Source: Candidatus Cybelea sp.
Lineage (GTDB): Bacteria > Vulcanimicrobiota > Vulcanimicrobiia > Vulcanimicrobiales > Vulcanimicrobiaceae
Direction of reading: 5' to 3'
NCBI GenBank assembly: GCA_049285915.1
Contig: JBAQAW010000058.1
Span: forward strand, 1,739 to 65,738
DNA: 64,000 nt
In this document: one piece after another, positions 36,853 through 46,081 of the stretch
How the letters are laid out: the number at the start of each line of letters is the position of its first letter
How positions within the stretch are numbered: the stretch's first letter is position 1
Made by a program: the position numbers and the translations under genes
The notes under the pieces: generated by a model
What the model saw: the letters and a program-made list of their open reading frames with translations, nothing else
The model's database searches: none
What the model was told of the DNA's origin: nothing

Positions 36853-37449
36853 CTAGTACACGTGGTAGATTTGGCCGGTTTGGTGGCCTTCGATGCTTTT
36901 CGAGAACGCGAGTCCGACGCGTTTGACCGGGACCGGTTCGTAGCCGCGGAAGTACGGACCGTAGCCTTCCATCGATTCCTCCAGGACCGTCGGGCTCACG
37001 GCGTTGATGCGGTGATCCGGCAGTTCGATGGCCGCGGCGCGGACGAAGCTTTCGAGCGCACCGTTTGCCATTGAAGCCGACGATCCGAAGCGGATCGGAT
37101 CCTCTGCGAGGATCCCGCTGATCAGCGTGAATGAGCCGCCGCGTTTGAGGGCTTCGCGGCCCGCGAGGACGAGGTTCACCTGGCCCATGAGTTTATCGCG
37201 CAAGCCGACGTCGAAATCTTCGGCCGTCATGCTTTCGAGCGGACCAAATTTCACGTTGCCGGCCGCGCAGGCGACTGCGTCGAGGTCGCCCGCCTGGGCG
37301 TAAAGCTCGGCAACGCTCTTGGGATCGGCGATGTTGACGCGAAAGTTCCCAGCGGAGCGGCCGGCGGTTACGATTTCGTGGCGCCCCTGCAGTTCGGCGA
37401 CGACGGCCTTGCCGATCGTTCCGTTTCCTCCTACGACGAGTATCCTCAT
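36853..37449 (-). CDS. Short-chain dehydrogenase/reductase (about 200 aa class)
   Basis: MRILVVGGNGTIGKAV Rossmann motif. SDR-like length and layout. Confidence 0.8.
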   Translation of the reverse strand: MRILVVGGNGTIGKAVVAELQGRHEIVTAGRSAGNFRVNIADPKSVAELYAQAGDLDAVACAAGNVKFGPLESMTAEDFDVGLRDKLMGQVNLVLAGREALKRGGSFTLISGILAEDPIRFGSSASMANGALESFVRAAAIELPDHRINAVSPTVLEESMEGYGPYFRGYEPVPVKRVGLAFSKSIEGHQTGQIYHVY

Positions 37450-37554
37450 ATCAGCCGATTTGACCCGCGTCTGACGGCTGTGGTTGCGCTAGGGAGAGCG
37501 CGAGCAAAGCCGAAGCCTCCCCCTTCGAGGCGGACGCACGGGGGGGCGTCAAGT

Positions 37555-38652
37555 ATGAGATCCGTTCTGCTCATAGCCACAATCATTCTTAGCGGTTGCG
37601 CGATGCCGAGCGCTTTCGGCAGCCGCGCGGTCCCGCTTGCGCGGGCGGCCGTTCGACCGGCGACACCGAGCGCCTACCTTTACGTCGCCGACGACGGCGG
37701 CACACTGAACTACGGCGGCGTCACCGTCTACGATCCCGGCCTGCGGCGCGCCGTGAGGAGTATCGCTCGAGGGGCGTTCAATCCGATGTCGATTGCCGTC
37801 GGCGGGGACGGAACGCTCTACGTGCTCAACGAGTCTTCCGGTTATGCCGGCGGCATCCGCGTAACCGAGTACGACGCCGGCAGTCATAAGCCGTCGCGCA
37901 GGATCGATAACCTTTACTGGGGCGTCATGCTGACGACGGACGTTTCGAATAACCTTTATTTGGCCAACTGCAACTCGTGCGTCATCTACGGCGCGCCCTT
38001 GCGGAACAACGTGTCCGATACGGTGACGGTTTACGGGCCGAAGCAGACGAAACCGCTGCGCACGATCGAGCAGGGAATCCATACGCCGCAGTCGCTCGCG
38101 GTCGACTCGCGAGGATACATCTACGTTGCCAACGGCGGAACTCCGAAGGCCCGGCCGTCCATCACCGTCTACGCGCCCGGATCGACGGCGCTCTTGCGCG
38201 AGGTGAAGCTAAGCATTCATCGTGATTTGAAGTACATGACGCTCGACTCACAGGGGAATCTTTACGTAACCAATCGCGATGAGGTCATCGAGTTCGGGCC
38301 GGGCCTGCACCCCGTGCTGCGCCGCATCCGCGACGAAGTTGAAGGTCCGCGTGCGCTGGCGGTTGATCCGTCGGATAACCTCTACGTCGCCAACGACGCC
38401 GGCTTCCCCGCGACCTATGGGATCTCGGTTTACCCGCCCGGCGCCACGCATGCGAAGTACCGTATCAAACCCGACGTCAACGATCCGGTAGCACTTGCGA
38501 TCGATGGCGACGGCAGGCTGTACGTCGCCAACGACGGCGGTACGGGCAACGGCGACCTCGAGGTATTCAAACCCGGCGCGCGCCGGCCGGCGCGGCTACT
38601 TGCCGGCAATCAGTACGGCGATCCGATCGCGTTCGCGTTCGGAGTGCAGTAG
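37555..38652 (+). CDS. BP2: NHL-repeat beta-propeller lipoprotein
   Basis: Trimmed to MRSVLLIATIILSGC. Blades PMSIAVGGDGTLYVLNE, PQSLAVDSRGYIYVANGG, PRALAVDPSDNLYVANDAG, PVALAIDGDGRLYVANDGG. Confidence 0.8.
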   Translation: MRSVLLIATIILSGCAMPSAFGSRAVPLARAAVRPATPSAYLYVADDGGTLNYGGVTVYDPGLRRAVRSIARGAFNPMSIAVGGDGTLYVLNESSGYAGGIRVTEYDAGSHKPSRRIDNLYWGVMLTTDVSNNLYLANCNSCVIYGAPLRNNVSDTVTVYGPKQTKPLRTIEQGIHTPQSLAVDSRGYIYVANGGTPKARPSITVYAPGSTALLREVKLSIHRDLKYMTLDSQGNLYVTNRDEVIEFGPGLHPVLRRIRDEVEGPRALAVDPSDNLYVANDAGFPATYGISVYPPGATHAKYRIKPDVNDPVALAIDGDGRLYVANDGGTGNGDLEVFKPGARRPARLLAGNQYGDPIAFAFGVQ

Positions 38653-38661
38653 GGGTGCGAG

Positions 38662-39768
38662 ATGAAACGCTCGATCTTTTGCTTTGCGAGCGCGGTGCTG
38701 CTCGCGAGCTGCTCCGCACCGCCTGGGCTTACTCTGGGCCCGGCAAAACCTAGCGAACGTGCCGGGCAGCCCTTGACGTCGAGCGGTCCGCAACGGCTTT
38801 ACGTGGCGGAGTGCTGCGGCGTGCTCAACACGGGCGACGTCGTGCGCTACGGGCCCAGCGAAGAGGGCATTGCGCATCGCTACGTCAACGGCGCGCACTT
38901 CCCGTTGCAGATCGCGACCGACGATTCGGGAACGCTCTACGTCCTCAATGAGTCGAATCTCGGCCCGCAAGGGATCGCGATTACCGAGTACGATCGCGGC
39001 AGCCCGCAACGCTCGCGGCGCATCGGCTATTTTTACTGGGCAACGACCTTCGCCCTCGACCGCAAGGCGAAGGTTTACGTCGCAAACTGCAATACGTGTA
39101 CGTACTCGAGCGCGCGCCCGCAGGCGAAGCCGTCGGACTCGGTCACGATCTATCAGACGAAGGGAACGCAGCTCGTCGAGACGATCACGGACGGCATCTA
39201 CGAGCCGCAGGCGCTGGCTTTCGATCGAAGCCAGAATCTCTACGTCTCCAACGCCGGCGCGCGCCATCATTCGCCTTCGGTCACGATTTACGCGCCGGGT
39301 TCGACGTCGCCGATGCTGACGATCACGAAGGAGATTACGAGCCCGGGAGCGCTCGGCTTCGATCGCGCCGGTAATTTCTACGTAGCCGACGGGCAGCAGC
39401 GGGTCCTGGAGTACGCGCCCGCGTCAGATCGGATTTTGCGGACGATCCGAGACGGCATTCGGGCCCCGAAGGCGTTACAGTTCGGGCGTTACGGGCGCCT
39501 CTACGTCGCGAACTGGCCGCCCAGCGGAACCGGCTGGATATCGGTGTATTCTCCCGGCAGCACGACGCCGAGGTACGAGATCGAGAACAACGTCCAATAC
39601 CCCGTTTCGATGGTGCTCGACAGCAAAGAGAACCTGTACGTCGCCAATCTCGGCAACTACGGCGACAGCTGGGTCAGCGTCTACGAGCCGAGCGACGGGG
39701 CATTGATTAAGACGATTCGGGGCGGCAAGCATGGGCCGCCGCGTTCGCTCGCGTTCGGGGTGCGCTAA
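38662..39768 (+). CDS. BP2: NHL-repeat beta-propeller lipoprotein
   Basis: Lipobox LLASC. Blades PLQIATDDSGTLYVLNE, PQALAFDRSQNLYVSNAG, PGALGFDRAGNFYVADG, PKALQFGRYGRLYVANW, PVSMVLDSKENLYVANLG. Confidence 0.8.
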   Translation: MKRSIFCFASAVLLASCSAPPGLTLGPAKPSERAGQPLTSSGPQRLYVAECCGVLNTGDVVRYGPSEEGIAHRYVNGAHFPLQIATDDSGTLYVLNESNLGPQGIAITEYDRGSPQRSRRIGYFYWATTFALDRKAKVYVANCNTCTYSSARPQAKPSDSVTIYQTKGTQLVETITDGIYEPQALAFDRSQNLYVSNAGARHHSPSVTIYAPGSTSPMLTITKEITSPGALGFDRAGNFYVADGQQRVLEYAPASDRILRTIRDGIRAPKALQFGRYGRLYVANWPPSGTGWISVYSPGSTTPRYEIENNVQYPVSMVLDSKENLYVANLGNYGDSWVSVYEPSDGALIKTIRGGKHGPPRSLAFGVR

Positions 39769-39859
39769 CCCTTCGACAGCCCTTCGACAGCCCTTCGACA
39801 AGCTCAGGGTGACACGGGGGACACGGGGGACGCGGGGGACGCGAGGGATGCGAGGGTCA
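39769..39859 (+). repeat. Dispersed repeat with modular tandem parts
   Basis: 3 x 11-bp CCCTTCGACA(G/A), core GCTCAGGGTGACA, then 5 x 9-bp CG(G/A)GGGA(C/T)(A/G)-like units (39815..39859). Read directly. The 9-mers and the core overlap the 3' end and stop codon of the minus-strand LAL gene. Confidence 0.8.
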
Positions 39860-42662
39860 CGAGTTCGGTGCGTGAGCGGACGCCGAGTTTACGATAGGCC
39901 GACGCGAGGTGGGTCTCCACCGTTCGTTCGCCGATCGCCGTCTCCGAGGCGATCGCTCTGTTCGTATAGCCGCGGGCGGCAAGCTCGACGATCTGGCGCT
40001 CGCGCGGCGTGAGATCGAGCGCGTTCGAGCGTTCGGGCTTGTGGACGCTGCCGGTACGAATGCGGCGCAGCGCTCGCGTCGCGCCGACGCTCTCGTAGAT
40101 CGTTGCGGCGCGTTCGAGGTCTCCGCCGGCTTCAGCGGCGAGCGCTTCTTCAACGCGCCAGCCCAACGCGTGAAAGGCATCGGCGGCGTCGAGGCAGGCT
40201 CGCGTATCGCCGGCGCGGCGCGCGTCGAAGAGCCGCAGAAACGCCGCAGCGAGCGGATTCTTCGAATCTTGTGCGATCTGCGCGACCAGCGCGCGGGCTC
40301 CGGCGGCGCGATCATCGTCAAGCAACTCGGCGGCCACGTCGCAGAGCCAGTAGGTTTGGTCGGGGACCTTGACGACTTCGAGCGCCTTCTCGACGATTGC
40401 GCGGGCACGCTCGCGTTCCCCGCACTCGAGCAGGGTGCGCGCCGCCGCTCCGGTGACGGCGGCGACGAGCTGCGATTCGCGCAGCTGAAGCACCGACGCA
40501 ACGGCGCTCTCGATATCGATGGCATCGAGCTCGCCGGCGTCGAGCAGGCCGCGCAGCCGCAGTCCCAGCACCCAGGAGAATCCGGCCGACATCGGCGACA
40601 TCGAGTGGGTCGACGTGCAGTCGCGGAAGCTTTGCAGCGCAGATTGGAGTCTGCCGGCGTACATCGCGGCGAGGCCGGAGTCGCAGCGCAGCATCGCAGC
40701 GTTGCGCTGCAGCCCGTAGCGTTCGGCCAGGCCCAGGGCGTAGGCGTACATCGACTGCGCCTCGGCCAGCGAGCCGCCCAGCACCAAGACGTTCGAGACA
40801 TTACCGAGCGCGTGCACCTGGTAGAGCGTGTTGTCGATGCGTTCGGCGACCGCCAGCGCCGCGCGGTGCTCGTCGCGCGCGGTGGAGTACATGCCGAGCG
40901 ACGCGAAGGCGTTCCCGCGGGCGGTGTGGGCGCGTCCGCGATCGGCGTCGTCTTTTGGCCCGGTGTCGCGCTCGGCTTCGTCCAGCACGGCCAGGGACTC
41001 GCGAGCGCGGCCGAGCGTCGAGAGCATCCCAGCCAGCGTGGTCGCAGCGTGATAGTGAATCGCCGCAGTGCGCTGACCTTTGAGTTCGGCGCGCACCAAC
41101 TCGGTCGTCTCGAGCGCGCGATCGACGTCGCCGGATTCGTAAAGCTGGCGCGCCAGGCGCAGCATCAGCGTGAAGGCGGCATGCTCGTCGCCGGAGCGGC
41201 GAAGCTCCTGTGCGCCGAGCTGGCACCACGTCCGCGCGCGCTGAAACTCGCCGACAACGTTGAGCGCGAAGGAGACCTTGCCGACGAGCCGCGCCCGATC
41301 GTAATCGTGCGCGAAATCCAGCGCACGCTCGTACGAGCGCGACGCATCGCCGTACGCGTACATCGCGGCGAAGCGGTCGCCGGCGGCTTCGTTGGCGAGG
41401 ATCGCGCGCGACACATCGCCGGCCGCCCAGAGGTGGTACGCGATCTCGTCTTCGTTGGCGGCGGGATCGTTTTCCAGCAGCGCCGCGATGCGGCCGTGAA
41501 GGCGCCGCGCCTGCGAGTGCAGCAGCTCGCGATAGATCGTCTCACGCGTGATCGCGTGGCGGAAACGGAAGGGCGGATGCGCGGTGCGCTCGACGACGAG
41601 CTGCACGTTGCGCGCGCGATGCAGCGCGGCAAGAATATCGTCTTCCTTTGCATCCATGAGCGCGGCGAGGAGCTCGGCATCGAAGTCGCGGCCGATCACC
41701 GCGGCAGCGAGCATCGCCTCCTGTTCGTTGGGCGCCATCGCTCGCAAACGTTGGATGATGCTGGCCGCGATAGAGCCGGGAATGCCGCCGGCTTCGGCGC
41801 GGTCCCCGTCGAGCGCGCTGCGCAGCAACTCTTCGGCGACCAGCGGGTTGCCTTCGGAGAGAGCGACGATCCGATCGCGCTGATGCGAATCGAGCGGCCG
41901 CGACGTGTCCGCGCCCGAAAGCAGCGAGCCGATATTGGTGTCGGAGAGCGGCTCCAAGCGAAGGTTGGCCACGCCTTCGCGCACCGCGCGCGAGAGCTGC
42001 GCGGCGCGCGAGGCGTCGCGTGAGATCTCTTCGCTGCGATAGGTTCCGAGAATCAGTACCGGAGCGTCGCTGAGGCGGCGCGCGAGGTGACGCCAGAGGT
42101 CGAGCGTCGCCGCGTCGCTCCACTGCAGGTCCTCGACGACGACGAGCACGGCGCCGTCTTCGGCACAGCGGCGGCGGAGGTGCTCTTCGACGAGGCGGAA
42201 ACGGCGCAGCCGTTCGGTCTCGGGGGCAACGACGCGCTCTGCGAGGCCGCGCAGCTCGCGTTCGAGCGGGGAGGCGCGATCGCCGGAGATCAGCGCTTCG
42301 ATCAGCGGCTCGTACGGCGTCGAAACGTACTCGACGCAGGTACCGTGCAAGACGAGGCAGCGCTCGCGGCGGACCCGATTCTCAAACTCCCGCAGCAGGC
42401 GCGACTTGCCGACGCCGGCGTCGCCGCCGATCATCAGCGCGCCGCCCGTCCCCTCGGCCTTGGTCTTGCGAAAGGCCGCGAGCAGCCGCGCGAGCTCGGG
42501 CTCGCGTCCAACGAAATGCTCGAAGCCGGTGTCGGTCACGGTGGAACGATGCTTCCGGGCCGCCTCCGTACCGCTCCTGCGTGGGTACGTACCCGCCGCG
42601 GCCCGAGAATGCGTACCGGGGCATCGGGCTCTCCGTAGCTTCACGGATAGGCGGCCGGGCAC
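39804..42662 (-). CDS. LAL-family regulator (AAA+/TPR/LuxR HTH), copy 2
   Basis: P-loop GGDAGVGKSRLLREF, VVVEDLQWSD, C-terminal LTPRERQIVELAARGYTNRAIASETAIGERTVETHLASAYRKLGV. By comparison with copy 1 the true start is probably the GTG at 42539 (VTDTGFEHFVGREPEL). Confidence 0.85.
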   Translation of the reverse strand: MPGRLSVKLRRARCPGTHSRAAAGTYPRRSGTEAARKHRSTVTDTGFEHFVGREPELARLLAAFRKTKAEGTGGALMIGGDAGVGKSRLLREFENRVRRERCLVLHGTCVEYVSTPYEPLIEALISGDRASPLERELRGLAERVVAPETERLRRFRLVEEHLRRRCAEDGAVLVVVEDLQWSDAATLDLWRHLARRLSDAPVLILGTYRSEEISRDASRAAQLSRAVREGVANLRLEPLSDTNIGSLLSGADTSRPLDSHQRDRIVALSEGNPLVAEELLRSALDGDRAEAGGIPGSIAASIIQRLRAMAPNEQEAMLAAAVIGRDFDAELLAALMDAKEDDILAALHRARNVQLVVERTAHPPFRFRHAITRETIYRELLHSQARRLHGRIAALLENDPAANEDEIAYHLWAAGDVSRAILANEAAGDRFAAMYAYGDASRSYERALDFAHDYDRARLVGKVSFALNVVGEFQRARTWCQLGAQELRRSGDEHAAFTLMLRLARQLYESGDVDRALETTELVRAELKGQRTAAIHYHAATTLAGMLSTLGRARESLAVLDEAERDTGPKDDADRGRAHTARGNAFASLGMYSTARDEHRAALAVAERIDNTLYQVHALGNVSNVLVLGGSLAEAQSMYAYALGLAERYGLQRNAAMLRCDSGLAAMYAGRLQSALQSFRDCTSTHSMSPMSAGFSWVLGLRLRGLLDAGELDAIDIESAVASVLQLRESQLVAAVTGAAARTLLECGERERARAIVEKALEVVKVPDQTYWLCDVAAELLDDDRAAGARALVAQIAQDSKNPLAAAFLRLFDARRAGDTRACLDAADAFHALGWRVEEALAAEAGGDLERAATIYESVGATRALRRIRTGSVHKPERSNALDLTPRERQIVELAARGYTNRAIASETAIGERTVETHLASAYRKLGVRSRTELVTLASLASPASPVSPVSP

Positions 42663-42903
42663 GACGGCGATAGGCTGAAGGGGTGGTGTGGAGTGGCGTC
42701 GCCGCCCGCGCGGCCTTCGCCGCCTCGCGGCGGTGGAGCATCAGGACCGCCCGCTTTCGGCGTCCCGGCTACGACGCGGACGGACGCTGTACACGGAGCA
42801 CAGCGGCCACGGGCGGTCCTCGGTGTCTTGGAGTGGCGATTTGGAGGTGTAGCCTTCAACGCAAACGTCGGCGGCGCGATGGCCGTCAGCATCGGAGATT
42901 AGA

Positions 42904-43971
42904 ATGAAACAGCTCGCCTTTATCATTGCTTCGATTCTCGTGGCTGCGAGCAGCGTCGGTTGTTCGAGCACGCAGTCGCAGGGAGGCTTTCAGCCGGCGG
43001 TTCCGACCGGTACGGCGGTCTTGTCGATGGCCCATCCGGTGCAGATGCCGATTCGTCCGGATCGGCTCGCTTCGTCGATGGCCGTGGGCGCGTCGAAGCG
43101 AGGCGGACTCCTCTACGCCGACGACTGGGCGACCAACGCGGTATACGTCTTCGACTACCCAAGCGGAAAGCAGGTCGGAGTTCTCACCGGGTTGGATGCG
43201 CCGTACGGCATGTGCGTCGACGCGCAGGGCGATATCTACATCGGAAACTTCTACGGCAACACGCTCGTCGAGTACGCGCACGGCGGCGATATGCCGCTGA
43301 AGACCTATTCGGTGGTTGGTCAGCCGATGGGGTGCAGCGTCGACGCCAAGGGCGATGTCTCGGTTACGAGCTTCAATCCCGGCGAGGTGATGGTCTTTGC
43401 CGGCGGCGATCCAACGAAGGGAACGACGTATGCGGGGCCATGCGAGTTTCAGTGGACGATGGGATACGACGATAAGCGAAATCTGGTCGGCGTTGGCGAG
43501 GAGTCGACCGGCGCGATCGTGGCCTGCGCCTTGCTCGCGGGTTCGAAATCGATCATCGTGCTCTCGGGGTGTTGCACCGGACCGATGCAGATCGATTTTG
43601 CGGGCGGCACGATGTGGGACGGTAAGTATCTGGCGGTCGGCAATCAGGAGGTAGGCGGTTCGTTCGAAAGCGGTGTTTATCAGGCCAAGGTCTCCGGGAC
43701 GACGCTGAAGGTGTACGGTCAAACGGACCTTACGGACAACTGCTTTAGCAACTACACCGACGTCGTGAATCCGTTTGTCGTCGGGAAGAAGAATACGCCG
43801 GCCAATCGGCGGCAAGGCAAGGTCATTCTCGGGTCCAACCTCTGGTGTAACGACGCCGGCAGTGGAGGAGGAATCAATCTGTGGCACTACCCGGCCGGGG
43901 GGCCGGTGTTTCGACAGATCGGAGCCTCGCTCGGCGAGCCGTACGGCGCCGCGGTAAGCTTCGCGAAATGA
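42904..43971 (+). CDS. BP1: beta-propeller lipoprotein, array member 1
   Basis: Lipobox SSVGC. DWATN, YPSG, APYGMCVD, VEYAHGG, GCSVD, VTSFNPG, GPCEF, ACALLAGS, LSGCC, TMWDGKY, KNTP, LWHYPAGG. Confidence 0.85.
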   Translation: MKQLAFIIASILVAASSVGCSSTQSQGGFQPAVPTGTAVLSMAHPVQMPIRPDRLASSMAVGASKRGGLLYADDWATNAVYVFDYPSGKQVGVLTGLDAPYGMCVDAQGDIYIGNFYGNTLVEYAHGGDMPLKTYSVVGQPMGCSVDAKGDVSVTSFNPGEVMVFAGGDPTKGTTYAGPCEFQWTMGYDDKRNLVGVGEESTGAIVACALLAGSKSIIVLSGCCTGPMQIDFAGGTMWDGKYLAVGNQEVGGSFESGVYQAKVSGTTLKVYGQTDLTDNCFSNYTDVVNPFVVGKKNTPANRRQGKVILGSNLWCNDAGSGGGINLWHYPAGGPVFRQIGASLGEPYGAAVSFAK

Positions 43972-45002
43972 CGAGAGGCGCGGGCTGGTCGCTTCTGGGT
44001 GCGCTGGCAGGCGTTGCCGTCGCGGGTTGCGCCGGCGTCCAAGCAACGGGCTCCGGAGCGGCACCCCCGCTGGAAGCCGCCCGAGGCGCTGCGCCGGATC
44101 GGCGCCCGTCATACATGGCGCCGGACGCGAAGAAGAAGTCCAGACTGATGTACGTGGGCGATTGGGCGACGAACGACGTTTTCGTCTACGAATATCCCAG
44201 CGGCGACAGCGTCGGCACGCTGAGCGGTTTCGATGCGCCGTACGGCATGTGCGTCGACAAGAAGGGCGACGTGTACATCGCGAACTTCTACAGCGGAAAC
44301 GTCGTCGAATACGCGCACGGGGGGACAAACCCGCTCAACACCTATACGTCGGTTGGTGAGCCGATCGGGTGCAGCGTCGACCGAAAAGGCGATCTCGCCG
44401 TTACGAGCTTCAATCCCGGCGAGGCGATCGTCTTTGCCGGCGGCGATCCGTCGCGAGGCACAACGTATAGCGGACCCTGCGAGTTCCTGTGGACGATGGG
44501 ATACGATGATAAGGGCAACCTCGTCGGCATCGGCGAGGAAGCCGGCAGCACAATTGCAGCCTGTGCGCTGCTTGCGGGTTCGAGCTCGATGATCACGCTC
44601 TCGGGCTGCTGTAACGGGCCGATAGAGATCGATTTTCCCGGCGGCACGATGTGGGACGGCAAATACCTCGTGATCGGCGCACAAAGCATAAACAGCAAAT
44701 TCGAGAGCGGCCTGATTCAAGCGACCCTTTCCGGAACGACGTTAACGCAACGCGGCTTCACCAAACTCAGCGATACCTGCTTTGGCAGCTACGCCGACGT
44801 CGTCTTTCCATTCATCGTTGGGAAGAAAAACACGCCGGTCAACCGGCAGCAAGGCAAGGTCGCCATCGGCGTTAATCTCTGGTGCAACGACAAGGGCAGC
44901 TCCGGCGTCAGCTTGTGGCATTACCCGGCGGGTGGAGATCCATTCAAAACGCTGGAGCACATGCCGGCAGAACCCTACGGCGCGGCCGTCAGCCTGAAGT
45001 GA
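43968..45002 (+). CDS. BP1: beta-propeller lipoprotein, array member 2
   Basis: ATGA overlap with member 1. MTRGAGWSLLGALAGVAVAGC. Same invariant strings as member 1. Confidence 0.85.
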   Translation: MTRGAGWSLLGALAGVAVAGCAGVQATGSGAAPPLEAARGAAPDRRPSYMAPDAKKKSRLMYVGDWATNDVFVYEYPSGDSVGTLSGFDAPYGMCVDKKGDVYIANFYSGNVVEYAHGGTNPLNTYTSVGEPIGCSVDRKGDLAVTSFNPGEAIVFAGGDPSRGTTYSGPCEFLWTMGYDDKGNLVGIGEEAGSTIAACALLAGSSSMITLSGCCNGPIEIDFPGGTMWDGKYLVIGAQSINSKFESGLIQATLSGTTLTQRGFTKLSDTCFGSYADVVFPFIVGKKNTPVNRQQGKVAIGVNLWCNDKGSSGVSLWHYPAGGDPFKTLEHMPAEPYGAAVSLK

Positions 45003-45031
45003 AAGCGACGGAGCTTCGAAGGAGACGAAAA

Positions 45032-46081
45032 TTGAAAAAACTCAATTCTGTTTTTGGGGTTGCGTTTTTGGCGGCGGCGATCGGCGGCTGCGGCGGAGGC
45101 CAGTCGACGGGTGTTGGCGGCGCGTCGCCGCAGGATACCGCCGGGCGACTCTCTCTGACGATGCCGCACTACGTGCCGGCGGCGGTGACGTCCGATCGGC
45201 ATCCGTCGAACATGTCGCCTGACGCAAAGAAGAAGGGCGCGCTGCTCTACGCCGGCGATTGGGCGACCAACGACGTGCTGGTCTACGACTACCCCAGCGG
45301 CAAGAGCGTCGGGACGCTTACCGGGTTCGACGCACCCTACGGCATGTGCGTCGACGCAAAGGGCGACGTCTACATCGCAAACTTCTACGGCGGCACCGCG
45401 GTCGAGTACGCCCACGGTGGGACGAGTCCGTTGAAAACCTATACGCAGGTCGGAGAGCCGATTGGATGTTCGGTCGACGCGAAGGGCGATGTCGCGGTTA
45501 CGAGCTTCAACCCGGGTGGAGTGACCGTCTTTGCCGGCGGCGATCCTTCAAAAGGCACGACGTATACGGGCCCCTGCGAGTTCCAGTGGATGATGGGCTA
45601 CGACGGGAAGGGGAACCTTATCGGTATCGGCGAGCAGCAGACGGACACGATCTCCGCATGCGCGCTGCTGGCCGGATCGCAATCGATAACGGTGCTTTCG
45701 GGATGCTGCACCGGGCCGATCACGGTCGACTTCCCGGGCGGAACGATGTGGGATGGAAAGTATATCGCGCTGGGCGATCAGGAGTTCGCCGGAACGTTCG
45801 GAACGGGCATGTATCAGGCGACGCTTTCCGGCACGACGCTCACGATGAAAGGATCTACGCCCCTGGACGCCTGCCCGAGCAGCTACGCCGACGACGTCAG
45901 TCCGTTTATTCTGGGAAAGAAAAATACGCCCGCCAATCACCGCCAGGCGAAAATCGCCATCGGAGCGGATGGCAAGTGCAACTCGGGAGCGATCGGGCTA
46001 TGGCACTATCCCGCGGGCGGCGGACCGTTTAAGGAAATTGGCACGATCGCATCCTCCGTCGTCGCCGTAAGCTTGAAATGA
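45032..46081 (+). CDS. BP1: beta-propeller lipoprotein, array member 3
   Basis: TTG start about 5 nt after AAGGAGAC, giving (M)KKLNSVFGVAFLAAAIGGC. Same invariant strings. Confidence 0.8.
   Translation: MKKLNSVFGVAFLAAAIGGCGGGQSTGVGGASPQDTAGRLSLTMPHYVPAAVTSDRHPSNMSPDAKKKGALLYAGDWATNDVLVYDYPSGKSVGTLTGFDAPYGMCVDAKGDVYIANFYGGTAVEYAHGGTSPLKTYTQVGEPIGCSVDAKGDVAVTSFNPGGVTVFAGGDPSKGTTYTGPCEFQWMMGYDGKGNLIGIGEQQTDTISACALLAGSQSITVLSGCCTGPITVDFPGGTMWDGKYIALGDQEFAGTFGTGMYQATLSGTTLTMKGSTPLDACPSSYADDVSPFILGKKNTPANHRQAKIAIGADGKCNSGAIGLWHYPAGGGPFKEIGTIASSVVAVSLK

Noticed and set aside
39769-39859. Tandem repeats here and at 25681..25760 as a possible CRISPR array
   Set aside because: The units are 9 to 21 bp and directly abutting, without spacers. 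There are no cas genes in the window.
39909-42023. 704-aa plus-strand ORF
   Set aside because: It is antisense to LAL regulator copy 2, which has clear P-loop and LuxR HTH motifs. It shows shadow-ORF composition.
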